Positions 47,788-61,352 of a stretch of DNA of 64,000 nt are shown here, piece by piece. Below the pieces are notes generated by a model, which saw only the letters and a list, made by a program, of their open reading frames with translations, did not search any database and was not told the DNA's origin. How positions within the stretch are numbered: position 1 is the first letter of the stretch; each line of letters begins with the position of its first letter. The stretch is taken from assembly GCA_043228905.1 (NCBI GenBank), contig JBHGNT010000008.1:17980001-18044000 (forward strand). The letters run 5' to 3'. Made by a program: the position numbers and the translations under genes. The DNA is from Azolla caroliniana (Eukaryota; Plantae; Polypodiophyta).

Positions 47788-49960
47788 TAATGAACCCCCT
47801 AACGTTAGTAAGAAGTCATTAGCGTAGAATATGTCTAATCGAGCTAGATTAGTACCCAACAACCATTTATCTGATCTAGAGAATTGGAAGGATTCAACAT
47901 GTTTGCTAAAGGAAGAAGAGTACCAAGTATCTTAAAATTCATACTTAAAGCGCAACCTCTCCCAAAAGCTTAATTCCGAACCATATAAAATAGCTTGGCT
48001 ACTTCCACTTCTATCCACGTATCCTCAAGCATATTAAAATCTCTTACCATACAGTAATGATCCACATTTGGAAAAGTATCACATAGATAAGACCATAACC
48101 TTCTCCTATCTGAAGACACATTATGAGCATATACATTTATGAAACCCAATGGTAGATTTTGGATTTCTACAATAATAACTTGCACTCTTCTTCCACTAAA
48201 ATCATATAGTCAATCACATGAGAGGACCATTTTTGGGTTATTGCTATACAAACACTAGCTTTATTGTAGGATTCATCAATTGTGGGACTCCAAAAATGGG
48301 CCCAAGAACCACTGAATAAGGATCCATACGAATCTACCCTTGATGGACTCAAATGATTTTCTTGTAAAAAACCCATATCTACAGATTTCATAAAACTTTT
48401 ATGCAAATTGTTCGTGAGTCTAGCCTTAAATTTTGTGCTTGTGCACCACCCAACCCTTGAACATTCCATGAGACAATACGAAAACTATCCATAGGCTAAC
48501 AAAAGTTGTTTACCTTTCAACCTTTTCTCCTCCACCATTGCTTTCTTAGGCTTAGTGATTTGCCCGACAATATTGAATCCTTTCCGAGATTTCCTAGCCA
48601 CAATTTCTACGTATGTATCCTTCTTTGTTGACGAAGAGAGTGTTCTCTTTCCCTTCGCCATCATACCTCCATTCATAACCACAATATATGACTGCACAAC
48701 CGATTTTTCAAGCATGAATCCTCGTGCATTCTTACCATGGCTAACTTAGGCTTTTGTTTTAGCCCGAGTTAACCTTCTAGAATATTGCAACCCAACCATA
48801 TGACCATCCTCTAGAGATATCACAGTTGTGCTCTCTTCATTCTTTTCTACCATAGCTAACTCCATGTGAGACTCGCCTTGTAATGAGGAAGGCTCAAAAG
48901 CTATCATATTCTCATGATCCTTCCCTCCCTTCAAGGGCTTCTCCGTCATAGAATTGTCAATATCACAATCAATTACAATATTGTAATCCTCTTCTCTATT
49001 AAGTTGTATATCATTAGTGTTAAAAGGAATTATTTGTAAATTTGTCTTGTTAACTTGTGAATTATCATGAGGTGCATGTGATATTTTGTTAGATGTTACC
49101 CCTACACCATTAGATGTCCTCACCGAGGATCTCCTATCATGCTTCTTTCTACCTCCTATCCAACCTTCATCATTGGTATTCCTAGAAAAACGTTTTTGAA
49201 GAGTTTGTTCATCTCGAACAAGACATTCCTTGACCACATGTCCAATACGATTACAAATGAAACATTGATTAGGAAGTCCAAAATATTTTACTTTTTGTAC
49301 CCTCGATGGGGCCTGAAACATAGCAGGCAGCCTAACATATGAAGGCAATGTCATGGCCTTATGACCAATTAAACGTATTTATATGGTAGGTTGAAATTTC
49401 CAGCCACATAACGCACTACATCAGATTCTTCATCCATCAATTGAGCAATCGAGGAGGTCGTATATGGCATCACTAGTTTCCATTCTTTTGGCAAATCTGG
49501 AAACATGACTAAAAAGACAAAGTAATGAGATAATTGTTCACTAACCGCATTTAGGTCAAACCCATGCTCCCATTGCAAGAAATGCAGCAGAATGCCATTG
49601 ATCCTCATTGATCCCAACCATAGTAGTTTCTTCACCATATTAGCAACTGGAAACTCGACAAGATAGCAACCTTTACCTAGGAACTAAACATCCACAATCT
49701 GATGGACCTCTTCTTGGAATCGTGTTTGCATCAAGTGACACAACTCCCCACAACTAGGTAGGCCTCCAATTACATGTACCACCACCGACAATTGATGCAG
49801 GGAGTCTATTTCTGCCTGCACCTCTGTTGGCAAGGTTACGTTGACGACTAGATCTGCAACAGGATGAATAGCGAAGGGGAGTTCACTAGAATCCCTTCTT
49901 GACGTCATCGCAGTCGTTGTCTCAACCATCGTCTCTCTCTCAATATTTGTTTTTAAGGAA
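47788..49960 (-). mobile_element. L1 LINE 5' part: ORF1 (zinc knuckle) and APE endonuclease, degraded
   Basis: YFGLPNQCFICNRIGHVVKEC in ORF1; RIVSWNVQGLG, FLQE.HL, INVYA and DFNM in the endonuclease. Collinear with 43996-45609. Confidence 0.88.
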
Positions 49961-52900
49961 GGTTTAAGTTTTTTCTTCCTACAAATCAGAAATAGAGTCC
50001 CCACTAATATTGTTTCATGGTCTATGAATTTAGACATTGTCTACTTTCATTCAAGAAAGCAATAGTCCTCAAACAAATGGTATTACTAAAAAATTTAATT
50101 AGGGGTTAGAACACATATTTCCCAGATATATTCATTTCAATAAATTAGCTAGAAGAAGTATTTTAATGTGTAACAATGTTGAATGTGTATTCAAGACATT
50201 AATTGTATTCTACTTTGATCGCCCATCATTGTTCGCATCAACACCCAATCTTGTGATATTAAGAACTTCTCATAGACCATCTACGTATGTTAGATATTGC
50301 ACATCGGAATCTTTACTAAATAGTGGAATCTATAGAAAATATTGACAAGGACAAGTGTCAAGTGTCAAGGTGTTAGGGTTGAGGAAGGCATGCAAGTGCA
50401 TCTCAAGGGTCGTGATATTTCTGAAATTCAAGACTAGGAAGGTTGTTAACGTGTGTGCCTAATATCTCATGAACTATCATAAATGAATTAGGGAGTTATC
50501 ATATCATGTTGATAAAAATATGTATATGGGACAAATCTTCTTTTTCCCTTTCGTGTCCTTAGGAAGAGTTTGTTATCTTTTTCCTTGATTCTCTTAATTG
50601 GGCAAAAGAATAAAGATGAGACACACAAGAAGTTTGTCATCAAAGGTCCACAAAGAGAGTTTGAGACTAGGTGACAAATGACGATGGTCTTATAAAGATA
50701 TATTGGCTCTCTTGCAACATATGTTGGATCATCTGAGCTACAATCCATGCTCTCTCTCTCTCTCTCTCTAAGTTGTTTCCATGATAATAGTTAATTTATT
50801 AATGATATTCCAATTAGTAATTAATATATAAATAAGCATTAGGGGAATTGAAACCCTAAAAGTAATAGGTTTTTGCTTTCACCAAGAGACCCCCTTTCCA
50901 CCCTCCTAATGTTAGTATATTTCATATCCAAATATTAAATATGTATGCAAGTATCTTGCTACACTTGTATATTAGCCTCCTTGCTTGTCTATGGGGTATT
51001 TCATTTGAATATTTTCATAAAGATGTTGATTTCTTTCTGGTTCTTATTTAACTCTTATCACTCCTCCTCCATAATTCAAATAGGGATTTGTAATTCCTTG
51101 GCCTCGAGATAATCTAGCTCATGCATTCATTCATCTATCTCATACATGTTACAAGTGCGGTCTAAATCGCCTTTGTTCTCATCGTTATCTTGTCATTGTT
51201 CTTCATTTATTGTGACCACTACATCCATGATGTATACATTTGTGTCTCTAACCCTCTAGAAGCAGACTATTTTGGGGATCAACCTAAACAAGTTTGGAGC
51301 ACTAAAACCAATTTTCTTAGTCAAAACTGCACTACGCATGGGTGGCGGTGTTAGTCAATGCAAGACTTCGTGCGTCATTGAAGGATATCCATCATGATAA
51401 TGTTAGGGAATCTATCATCCTCCAATTTAACCAACTCTACTTTGTGTTTGTACAAAAAGGTGTCTTTGTTTGAGCGTTCCTTGACCAAATCCATAAGTTT
51501 TGATGATCTTGAAACCAAAAGCTAATCGGGACATTATAATGAGGTAACTCATCTATTAGCCCACCGAATATACCCATAGCACAAAGTTATGTCTGCACTA
51601 AGAGGTGTCATTGACTAGCATTCCTTTATCTAGTTGATCCATATGTCAAGTAGTACCCAAAGTTCTTCTGGTGTAACAACTTTTAACCTAAAAGATAGAA
51701 CATTGTGGTGAGAATACTCATCTTGTAGGTCACCAAATACACCCATAACACAAAGTGGAGTTTTTTACCCCAATCCAAAGAGAGAGAATAGAATAGATTG
51801 TTTATCATCCACGAAAAGGTCAAATTTCATCTAGAGACTGAATCATCGATCACAACCAAAGAAGAGCAATGTTATAAAATACACATAAAATATTAATAAA
51901 ACATACCAAATTCTAAGCATTTAAATGAATGAGTAATTTTGAGAACATGCCACCCAAGGCATCAATCCTTGTTTTACCATGGTAGATAACAATATTCTCT
52001 ATAAAATAACAAATTATCTCCACCTAAGGTCAAGTTCATACATACATAACTTTTAAGTGGCTAAATTTGATGTGGTTACTCTTCTTGAGCACTTTTGGGT
52101 CCATATATGACTCCATGAAGCCCAAATCATTCCTAGTCTTGATTCCTTCTTTTATAATATACTCTCTAGTGGATGAATTAATTGATCAACTACATGTTAT
52201 CCCTTATGCCAAAAAGAAGACATTGACTTATGATGATCATGGTGCTCCATTGCATGAAAGTTCCTATCATACATCTCCTACAAAAGTTTCACATCATACA
52301 CTTGCTATGTAAGTACATACTATGAGAGTTTCACATCCATCATACATGTACTATGTAAGTTTTGTATCATACAAACTCGTTAGAGGAAAGTTTTAAAAAA
52401 TAAATGAAGATTAGATATAATCAATGATCAGCCCCAAGTTGTAAATCTATCCCCATATGTGCTCTTAGAGTGCACATTTTGTGATTGCGCCCCAAATGAG
52501 GAGCGGCTAGTGTGCAACTTGACCATATGGGTCGATAAGGTGTTAATCTAGGAAACCGTAGATGCGTAGGACACAATGTATTTAGGAAAGAGAGAAATAG
52601 GTAATAGGATTGGCTAATCAAGTCAACTAGAATATTTTGTGGGCAAGTTACGATGTACTTAGTCTTGAAGTATGCGTCATTGACTTCAAGATAAGTACTA
52701 TCTAGCACTAGCTTGTACCTAGGGAGTTGGTCATATTAAATGACAAGTCAGTTGACAGAAAAGGAATATCTCCACTACTATCAATTGACTTGCACATTTA
52801 ATGTTATACTTAGACCAAACATAGAAAGCAATCCACTTTCTTTTCACAGTGGTTGGCTTGATTATCAGTCCCCACTAATTTTGTAGTGAGTTGGTCCATA

Positions 52901-53721
52901 TCCTATCTAAGCTCTAAGGTGTGAGTGCATGGGAAAACTACCATTGTGAGCTACTCTCATATGTAATAGAAGTTTTGTTTTCATATATCCCATCTTTGTA
53001 GTTGTAACTCTATATACCTATCTAATCGATTCTCAATAATTCTAACAGTTTCACCTTGGTATTAATGGAAAGATGCCCAAAGGCTACAACGAATTCATAC
53101 AATAGATTATAACCTTCATACCCACGTCAACCAACATGTCAAGTATCAAAAGCCCTCATGTAGGGTCGTTCCAAGACAGGGGGGCGGAAAAAGCCATCTT
53201 GGTGGATGTGAATAGTTGGTGACTTTACAATCGCGAATGTGAATAGTGGTTCTCTTGGAAAACCAAACAAAGTAGTTGATCTTCTTCAACTATGAGATGT
53301 ACAGGTTGAAGAAGTATTGAATGGCTCATAATTATGACCTTAGAGGGCTTCATTTTTAATAGAGCTACTTTTGTTGTTGTCTATGGATATGGATACCTTG
53401 CAATGTGTCTAGGGAATAGATTGTAAATACTGAACTGTTTTCTTTATGTTGGAGTACATAGATTTGTTTCCTCGGCCATTATCTTACACAAGACAGGCTT
53501 GGGAAAAAATACTTTGTATGTTGAACTGTTATGACCTTTCTATATAACTAATGGAAGGATATTTTGTTTTGGAAAAAAAAGCCATCTTGGTGGAGCATAT
53601 CTCCACTTTATTCTCTCTCCAAAAGAGGTGAAGACCTTTGCCTTTTTCCAAATTTCTCAAATTTGTTGTTGTTTACGAATCACAACCTCAAGCTCACTAG
53701 TTATTGCCTCATATTGACCTC

Positions 53722-54158
53722 TGTTGTCCGCCGGAATAGTAACCGACGGACAAGAGCGTAGGAATAAGAAATAATATAAGATCATAACGCATGTAATGGT
53801 TCACGCAGGAAGCGTGAACGGCTAAATAGACCCTGTGTATATAAAGGGCAGAAAACCTCTGATAGAGGGGGCGTGTATTTTGGAATGTAAGAAGCGTATC
53901 GTAATAGAATTCTATCTTCTCTGAAAGTCTGTGTATAGCTACAGCTAATCTACTGTGTGTATGGAATACCTAAGCGTGTAAGAACGTGAGTGTAACCACT
54001 GCCAAGGAGTTGGTTGTAGCCGTCTCCCTTATACGTTGATAGGTTACGGGGAACATTCCCCTACGCATTACGCATAGACGCCACCATTCATTGTTTCACA
54101 ATCACTTGGAGATCTAGGTCGAAGGGCTGACCGCATACCGTGTTCCTAATCGGTAACA
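53722..54158 (+). repeat. 5' LTR of the Gypsy
   Basis: TGTTG...TAACA; about 14 mismatches versus the 3' LTR by eye. Confidence 0.96.
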
Positions 54159-54162
54159 CTTT

Positions 54163-54176
54163 TGGCACGCTTGGTG
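54163..54176 (+). promoter_or_regulatory. Primer binding site, tRNA-Arg type
   Basis: TGGCACGCTTGGTG versus the recalled tRNA-Arg(UCU) complement TGGCACGCCTGGTG. Confidence 0.8.
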
Positions 54177-57100
54177 ATCTATGTCTTCTCACAGACGAAG
54201 AACGACGAATGGATGTTTAGCCGTAGATGCCCCAGAGAACCAACACGACAAGACCGGCCAATCACAAGGTCCGTCACACGCCAGGTAGAGGAACGCGCAC
54301 GGCAAAAGCCTCGCCTCAGCGACCTCAGTACTACTTGTCATGATTACAAAGGTGATTCTGCGCTCTCCAAATACCTCGACGATACGCGGGGAGCACGCTC
54401 ACCACAACCACCCTGTGGTCTTTCCCGATCTGCCGTATCCCCCAGCATGGCCTTTGCCTATCCCCGCTTTAACGGCGAAACCGACGCCGCAACCCATATT
54501 CACATGTTCCTTAATGTCTGGAATGCGAACCACATGGCGCAAAGCCTTTCAGAGGCGGTAGCAGATCAGTCGAAAATGACGGAGTTCGGGTTAACATTGG
54601 ATGGGCGAGCGGCGTTTTGGCATTCACAGATGGATTTGCCAACAATCACAACCTTTGATCAACTGCAGTCCGCTTTCTTGCGGTTCTTCCATCGGAGGGT
54701 TCCACAACGCGAAATCCTCGAACAATTCTATACGATTAAGCAATTGCCGATCGAGACGATCGTAGACTTCAACTTACGTTTCCAAAATTTACGACGGAAA
54801 CTAGAACGGAGCTCCGCGGAGGACGAGGCTCGAGAGACATTTCTGGCAGCATTACGCCGACCCATACGAGCAACGCTCAACAACAATAGCATGAAAGGGG
54901 AAACGACGGATATGGTCATTGAACGAGCGTTACAGCTCGAGTTGGACGAGGAGGAGGAAAGGTTTTCTATGTCCTCCTTACGACAAGCGTTACCCCAAGA
55001 CGAGGAACGCCAGTTTCGTCAAGCAATCCAGTGCACGATTTGCTTGAACTCAGGGCATTCCGTAGTGGAGTGCAACATGCGAATCCACTGCCCAATCTGC
55101 CACTCGAAGGCTCACACAGTCGACCAATGCGAATACAATATGTTGAACAGAGCCGCTCCCACAGTCCGCAACATAGACACATAGCGTCCCCCACGCCGTA
55201 CTGAACAAAGGAGGCAAGAAGACCAACCACGGTATGTGGATCGCAACCCATGTGATGACCGGCACCACCGGAATCGCCGAAATCACAACGATTCCGAGGA
55301 AGACGAACTAGAGGATGAGGATTATCGTGGACATCCGAGTTATGCTAAAGGGGGCCGGCGCTATGAGAATCACCGGCCGACAAATAAACGTGATGGCTTC
55401 AATGGTTATCGTGGGAAGTCGCAACAATATCGAGATCATCGGCGTTACGACGAAAGCTTGGGAGATGAGCGACACCAAGAACCACGACGAGACCAACAAC
55501 AACCGTCGCATGCGTTCCAACAAACAAGGCCGGACCGTGAGGAGCAAGTCGCACCAGGGGATCGACACACACCACCAGGAGCTGAGAAGGGCGAATCAAG
55601 CATCCATTGTTTTATTTGTCAGTAGCCTGGACATTATGCCACGCAATGCCTAGCACGCAAGGGCAAGGGGCCCGCCGTCAATACGATTACGGCGGAAGTG
55701 CAGCAAGTCACGACATGCCAGCAAACAAAAACAACTGATTGGGTTATGCAAGATGAGATACGATGACAAGCAAACGCGACCAATACAGAGCGCATGCGGA
55801 AGGAGTCTACGAATACGAGGGAGCGAGCGGAGGACGAAGGACCGATCCCGGACCCCATTTGGTAGGCGTTAGCGGGCTGCGAGATAACGTTAACCATGGA
55901 GACGCTGATGCAGCTAGTCCCACGCTTCCGCCAGACCATGGAAGAATGGGTGACGGGCATACCCGGGGTGAGCATCGCTACAAACCTTACAGACGTTAGC
56001 GACAGACCGCCTATAGTGGATCACCACAACCCAGCTATTACATTAATATTACACGAACAGGAAATTCCTGGATGCGTAATCGATGGCGGCTCAGACGTCA
56101 ATGTAATTAGCGCGAAAACTTGCGAGCAGTTAGGCATTTCAGAATGGGAGGCTTGCCCATTCTGGCTCCGAATGGCAGATACCTGCTCAGTACGACCATT
56201 GGGGTTAATTCGCAAGATAGGCATTATCATGGGCGGACATCGCTTCGACATCTCGGCGGTCGTCCTCGCCTTGGACGCCCTAGGGGCGTACCTAGTGCTT
56301 CTGGGCAAACCATGGCTTCGGGCAGCAAATATCAAGCAGAGCTGGCAACACAAGTGTATCAGTTTCCAACACGGACGCACTAAGGTTCACGTACCTATGG
56401 AAGGAAGCACGCCATAACCAAAGGGTATAACACCATTATACGCAGAAGATATAAATATGTTGGCTGGGGTGGAGGATGCAGAATTAGAGGCATACCTAGA
56501 TGAGCACCCTCGGATCATTCCGCTATTCGAAATCGACGTCATCGCAACCACGACAGAATATGCCATGACCACTATTCTCCACGACAAGGCTTACGAACCA
56601 AACCCAGAGTCTATATTGGAGCTCAGTAGAGCACGGGCGGCATTCGAAAGGGAAATGGAAATTTTACGACGAGTCACCGCCTCCACCCTAGAAGAAGTAA
56701 ATGTGGGTATGGAGTCGGAACCCCGTTTCCTCTCAATCGCAAAGGAATTAAGGCCGGACCAGAGAAACACGATGATCGCACTACTCAAGAAATATAAAGA
56801 TGTGTTCGCTTGGGCTCACGAGGACATGAAGGGGTTAGATCCTAAGTTCTATCAACATAAGATCAATTTAGCAACCAACGCAAAACCCGACCAGCAGCGT
56901 CGCTACCGCATGAACCCGAACTACGCAACCCGCGTAAAAGAAGAAATTGACAAACTCCTAAAGGTGGGGTTCATACGCACCTGCAACTGTGCCTGGAACG
57001 TTGCCGCACCGCACGCTTAAGCCTGAATCCCGCGAAATGTGCTTTCGGCGTGACCAGCGGGACTCTCCTGGGCCATATAGTCAGCAAGGAGGGAATAACG

Positions 57101-59290
57101 GTCGATTCGAACAAGATCTCCGCGATTACGTAAGCCAAAACTCTGACAAACGCGAAAGCACTCGACCGGTTTTTAGGACAAATACGGTGGCATAGTCGGA
57201 TGATATGATATTTGGCGGACTTCGCCACGCCGTTACATGTTGCCGTGCATCGGACTCCCTTCCAATGGACCGCAACGGAGGACAAGGCCTATGAGGCACT
57301 TAAGATAATGTTCACACAGGCCCCCGTCATACAACCACCAGTTTGGGCGAAGCCATTCCACGTGTTCGTCGACGCCTCGGACATAGCAATAGGAAGTGTG
57401 CTAATGCAGCTCACCGAACCAAACTGGTACCAGCCAGTGTACTACACTAGTCGCAAATTATCAACAACAAAGCATAACTATTCCACAACGGAGCGAGAGG
57501 CGCTAGGGATGATCTATAACATCAATAAATTCTGGCATTATTTACTAGGGAGGAAATTCACGTTCCACGTGGATCATTCGGCGCTGCTGTATTTGGTGGA
57601 GAAACAAGCCCTAACGGGGAAATTGGCGCGATGGATGCTGCTGCTTCAAGAATTCAATTTTGTAATCCGGCACCAACCAGGGACGCAACACGCAGTGGCA
57701 GATTTTTTGAGCAAACTCAAGAATGGAGAAATAGTACATAGAGATGACGACGATTTTCCGGACGCCGACATCTTGCGGGTAGCAACACTAGCAGAAAGAA
57801 CGGAATCGACCTTTCCGGACCGGTGGCTTATGGAAATGACATACTTTCTGACTACGGGATTGCCTCCACCACAATTACGCACGGACAAGAAGAAACGACT
57901 AGTCGTCCGAAGACGTAACTTCTGCCTCATAGGAATTTTATATCACAAAGGAAGTGACGGCATTTGGCGACGTGGGGTACGTCAGGATGAGAAAGAAGCA
58001 GTTTTACAGGAGGCGCACTGTGGCACGACAGGCGGCCATTACGCGGGCGATGTTACAACCCGGAAAATATGGTAGGCGGGCTTATGGTGGCCGACAACGC
58101 AAAAGGACGCATCCGAGTATTGTAGAAAGTGTGATTTGTGTCAATGGATGGGCCAACCCACGGAGGGCGCAAGGATGCCACACCAGCCCGTATTACCACT
58201 AGACCCCTTCCAAAAGTGGGGATTGGATTTTGTGGGGCCCTTCACACCGGCGGCAGCCCATATGGGCAATAAATACATATTGGTAGCCACAGATTATTGC
58301 ACCAAGTGGGTAGAAGCAAAGGCACTACAAGAAAATACGACGACTGTCACAACGAGATTCCTTTACGAGTCACAGCGAGATTCCTTTACGAGCACATCTG
58401 GTGCCGGTTCGGCTATCCGATTGAGCTCATTAGTGACCAGGGGAGTCACTTTCTCAATACGGTGGTTCGGGAACTAACACATCATTACGCCGTAGTCCAT
58501 AAGAAGAGTACGCCATATTATCCACATGTGAATGGGTTAGAGGAATCCACCAACAAGATGTTGCAGACCATCTTGAAGAAAATTGTCGATGAAAATAGAA
58601 CGGACTGGGATACCAAATTACAAAGTGCGTTATGGGCGTACAGAACCAGCTACAAAACAAGCATACAGTCAACATTGTTTCGACTAGCGTTTGGGCTAGA
58701 GGCTGTGATGTCGGTCGAATTTCACGTACCCAGTTTGCGGATTCAGGTACGGGACCGACTATCGGAAGCCAAGTCGGAGGAGGTACGGCTCCACTAGTTA
58801 CTCGAACTCGGGGAAAAACGCGTACACAACATGGTTGTGTTGGAGCAGGAACATCGACAGCGTAAAGCGTTTGTGGATCGGCATTGGAACGCAAGGGAAA
58901 AGGAGTTCGCCGCCGGTCGAGCCGTGCTGGTTTTCCAAACCAACATGGGCCATATGCCAGGGAAGTTATGATTCCGCTGGACCGGCCCATACTGGATAAT
59001 TGGAGCGGAACAAGGCACGTTCCAACTAGGTACGCTAGTCGGGGAAGTAGTACGGCAAAAGGTGAATGGGTTTCGCCTTAAACCTTACTTGGGCCCTACG
59101 CCACCTAACCCATTCACTACTGAACAGGACAGAGCCGGAGAACCCGCGGCGTAAACGGACGGCCCCACTTGTACCATTATGTAAAAATAGGTTGTATATA
59201 ACCGTTATGAAAAAAAAAACGAGAAGATGGCAACTATTAAAAGGACTAAATGCATGCACATACTCCTAGTTCAAGAACACGCGGCACCAC

Positions 59291-60052
59291 GATGGCTCAC
59301 CGCCCAATGAACCCTAAGCCACAAAAAGAAGGAAATAGAAGATCTTCTGCACAAAACAGAAACCCACCTTCTAACTATCAGTGCTCCCATCGCTCCTCCC
59401 CCTCACCTTCTCCTCCATCCTATCACAGAGCTCCAGCCCACCACAACCACCAGTCTCCTCCCCACGAACCTACTCTGGCGATGCTGATCTTCATCTCTAC
59501 TACCTTACGCCGATGGCTCGTGGAGAAACGCCTGGATGGATACATCCGGGTCGCAGAGGCACCCCCACACCCGGAAGCCATGGACATCGCCAGAAAGCTT
59601 AACATCGACACGGTCACCAACTCTTCCATCCGAAAAAAGTTGGACCTGTCATCGCTAGGCGAAAGGCATTTCAAAATCCCTCCTGTAGAGGCGCTGCAGA
59701 GATATTTCGGGCCATATTCCTCCTCCGCCAAGGCCTATAGAACGTTGCAGGCCAGGCGGAATTGCAGCCCCACTCCCCGGAGCGTACAAAGACGGCCGAC
59801 ACCACAGAGGAAGTAACGATTGAGACAGAGCCGCGGCCGACCGCAAGCACGATGATGGCAGAGCCCAACCCACTAGCTCAAGAAGAACCCACCATACCCG
59901 GACCGCCCACACACGACAACTGCGACACCGGGAGAAGCCATTCCGACCAAACAGGGGAGCCACACCACGATGCACCTACGGGCCCTACGTCGCCTCCGAA
60001 CGCGGACACCGTACCAGAGCCAAACATCCGGGCCATTTTGGAAGAAGATTAA
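59291..60052 (+). pseudogene. Extra ORF between integrase and 3' LTR (frameshifted, unknown function)
   Basis: ORF-track ORFs 59250-59816 and 59762-60052 give a Pro/Ser-rich N-terminus, a globular-looking core and a Thr/Pro/Glu-rich tail. Confidence 0.55.
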
Positions 60053-60080
60053 TGGGATGGGTCTGACGTGCCAGGGCACT

Positions 60081-60097
60081 GTCCCACAGGCGTGCCA
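60081..60097 (-). promoter_or_regulatory. Inverted PBS-like sequence occupying the PPT position
   Basis: Plus strand GTCCCACAGGCGTGCCA, then GG, then the 3' LTR; minus strand TGGCACGCCTGTGGGAC. Confidence 0.8.
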
Positions 60098-60099
60098 GG

Positions 60100-60536
60100 T
60101 GTTGTCCGCCGGAATAGTAACCGACGGACAAGAGTGTAGGAATAAGAAATAATATAAGATCATAACGCATGTAACGGTTCACGCAGGAAGCGTGAGCGAC
60201 TAAATAGACCCTGTGTATATAAAGGGCAGAAAACCTCTGATAGAGGGGGCGTGTATTTTGGAATGTAAGAAGCGTATCGTAATAGAATTCTATCTTCTCT
60301 GAAAGTCTATGTATAGCTACAGCTAATCTATTGTGTGTCTGGAATACCTGAGCGTGTAAGAACGTGAGTGTAACCACTGCTAAGGAGTCGGTTGTAGCCG
60401 TCTCCCTTATACGTTGATAGGTTACGGGGAACATTCCCCTACGCATTACGCATAGAAGCCACCATTCATTGTTTCACAATCACTTGGAGGTCTAGGTCGA
60501 AGGACTGACCGCAAACCGTGTTCCTAATCGGTAACA
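60100..60536 (+). repeat. 3' LTR of the Gypsy
   Basis: Direct repeat of 53722-54158. Confidence 0.96.
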
Positions 60537-61069
60537 ACCTCTTAGAGTATGTAAGAGCATTGACCATATCTCCTTGACTAACTCAACCGCACTCTGTTTT
60601 ACTTTCTGAAATACACATTCTGAAATACGTTAGAGGAAAGTTTCCTTTGCTTCTTGTGGAGATGTATCAAGTTTTGAGCATGGTTACAAAGAATTGCATC
60701 TCGTAAAAGTTCTATGTTGCTCTACCTCTGTTCATCTCACTTTTTTCATGATTAATTGTTGTTGTATCATAGTGGGAACAACTTTGGAGTGTGACCTCAA
60801 CATGTGGAAAGTGCTCGCTCTGCATGTATCTCTTCATCTCCTTCTTGTACCACAATTGGGAAGCCAACCAAATGAGAGGAGACTATCCTTCTTTCGCGTC
60901 TCATTGCAAAAGGCTTTGCGAGTCTTAATGAGTAGTATGACATCGACAAGAATCTGATCCCAATGTCATGAGAGCTACTCGACGTCCACATGTTTGTTCC
61001 TTTTTCTGGTAGTATTAAAATAATAGCCCCTCGCCCCCCCTCGGCAAGAGAGGGGCTCCGACCACCAAT

Positions 61070-61352
61070 TGCCTCAAGAGGGCTTTGCCTAGGCAGTTCC
61101 TTCGAGAGGGCTTTCTCCAAGCAGTTCTCTCGGGAGGGCTTTGTCTAGGCAGCTTCCTCAACAGGGCGTTGCTTGGGTAGTTCTGTCGGGAGGGTTTTGT
61201 CAGGGCAGTTTCCTTGAGAGGGCATTGTTCGACTAGTTCCCTCAAGAGGGCTTTGTCCGGTCAGTTTCCTCGAGAGAATCTGTCCGTGTAGTTGCCTCAG
61301 GAAACTTTGTCCGGACACTTCCAAGTTCCCCCGAAGAGGGTTTGTCCGGACT
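61070..61352. repeat. Degenerate 28-bp GC-rich minisatellite (GAGAGGGCTTTGTC.GGCAGTTCCCTC-like), about 10 copies
   Basis: AGGG anchor recurs about every 28 nt from 61077. Confidence 0.8.

Larger units (their letters stand above)
53722..60536 (+). mobile_element. Full-length Ty3/Gypsy non-chromovirus (Athila/Tat-like), defective
   Basis: 437-bp LTRs, TSD ACCTC (53717-53721, 60537-60541), gag with CCHC knuckles, protease VIDGGS, DVFAW, RNase H VDASD..NYSTTERE, integrase KWGLDFVGP and WTGPY. RT core deleted near 56977; several stops. Confidence 0.96.

Noticed and set aside
47204-47792. Clean solo LTR formed by recombination
   Set aside because: Flanks (ATAAA versus TAATG) do not form a TSD and belong to different elements, implying a deletion.
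50040-53720. Short ORFs in an AT-rich interval
   Set aside because: No recognisable motif; probably very old TE debris that I cannot classify.
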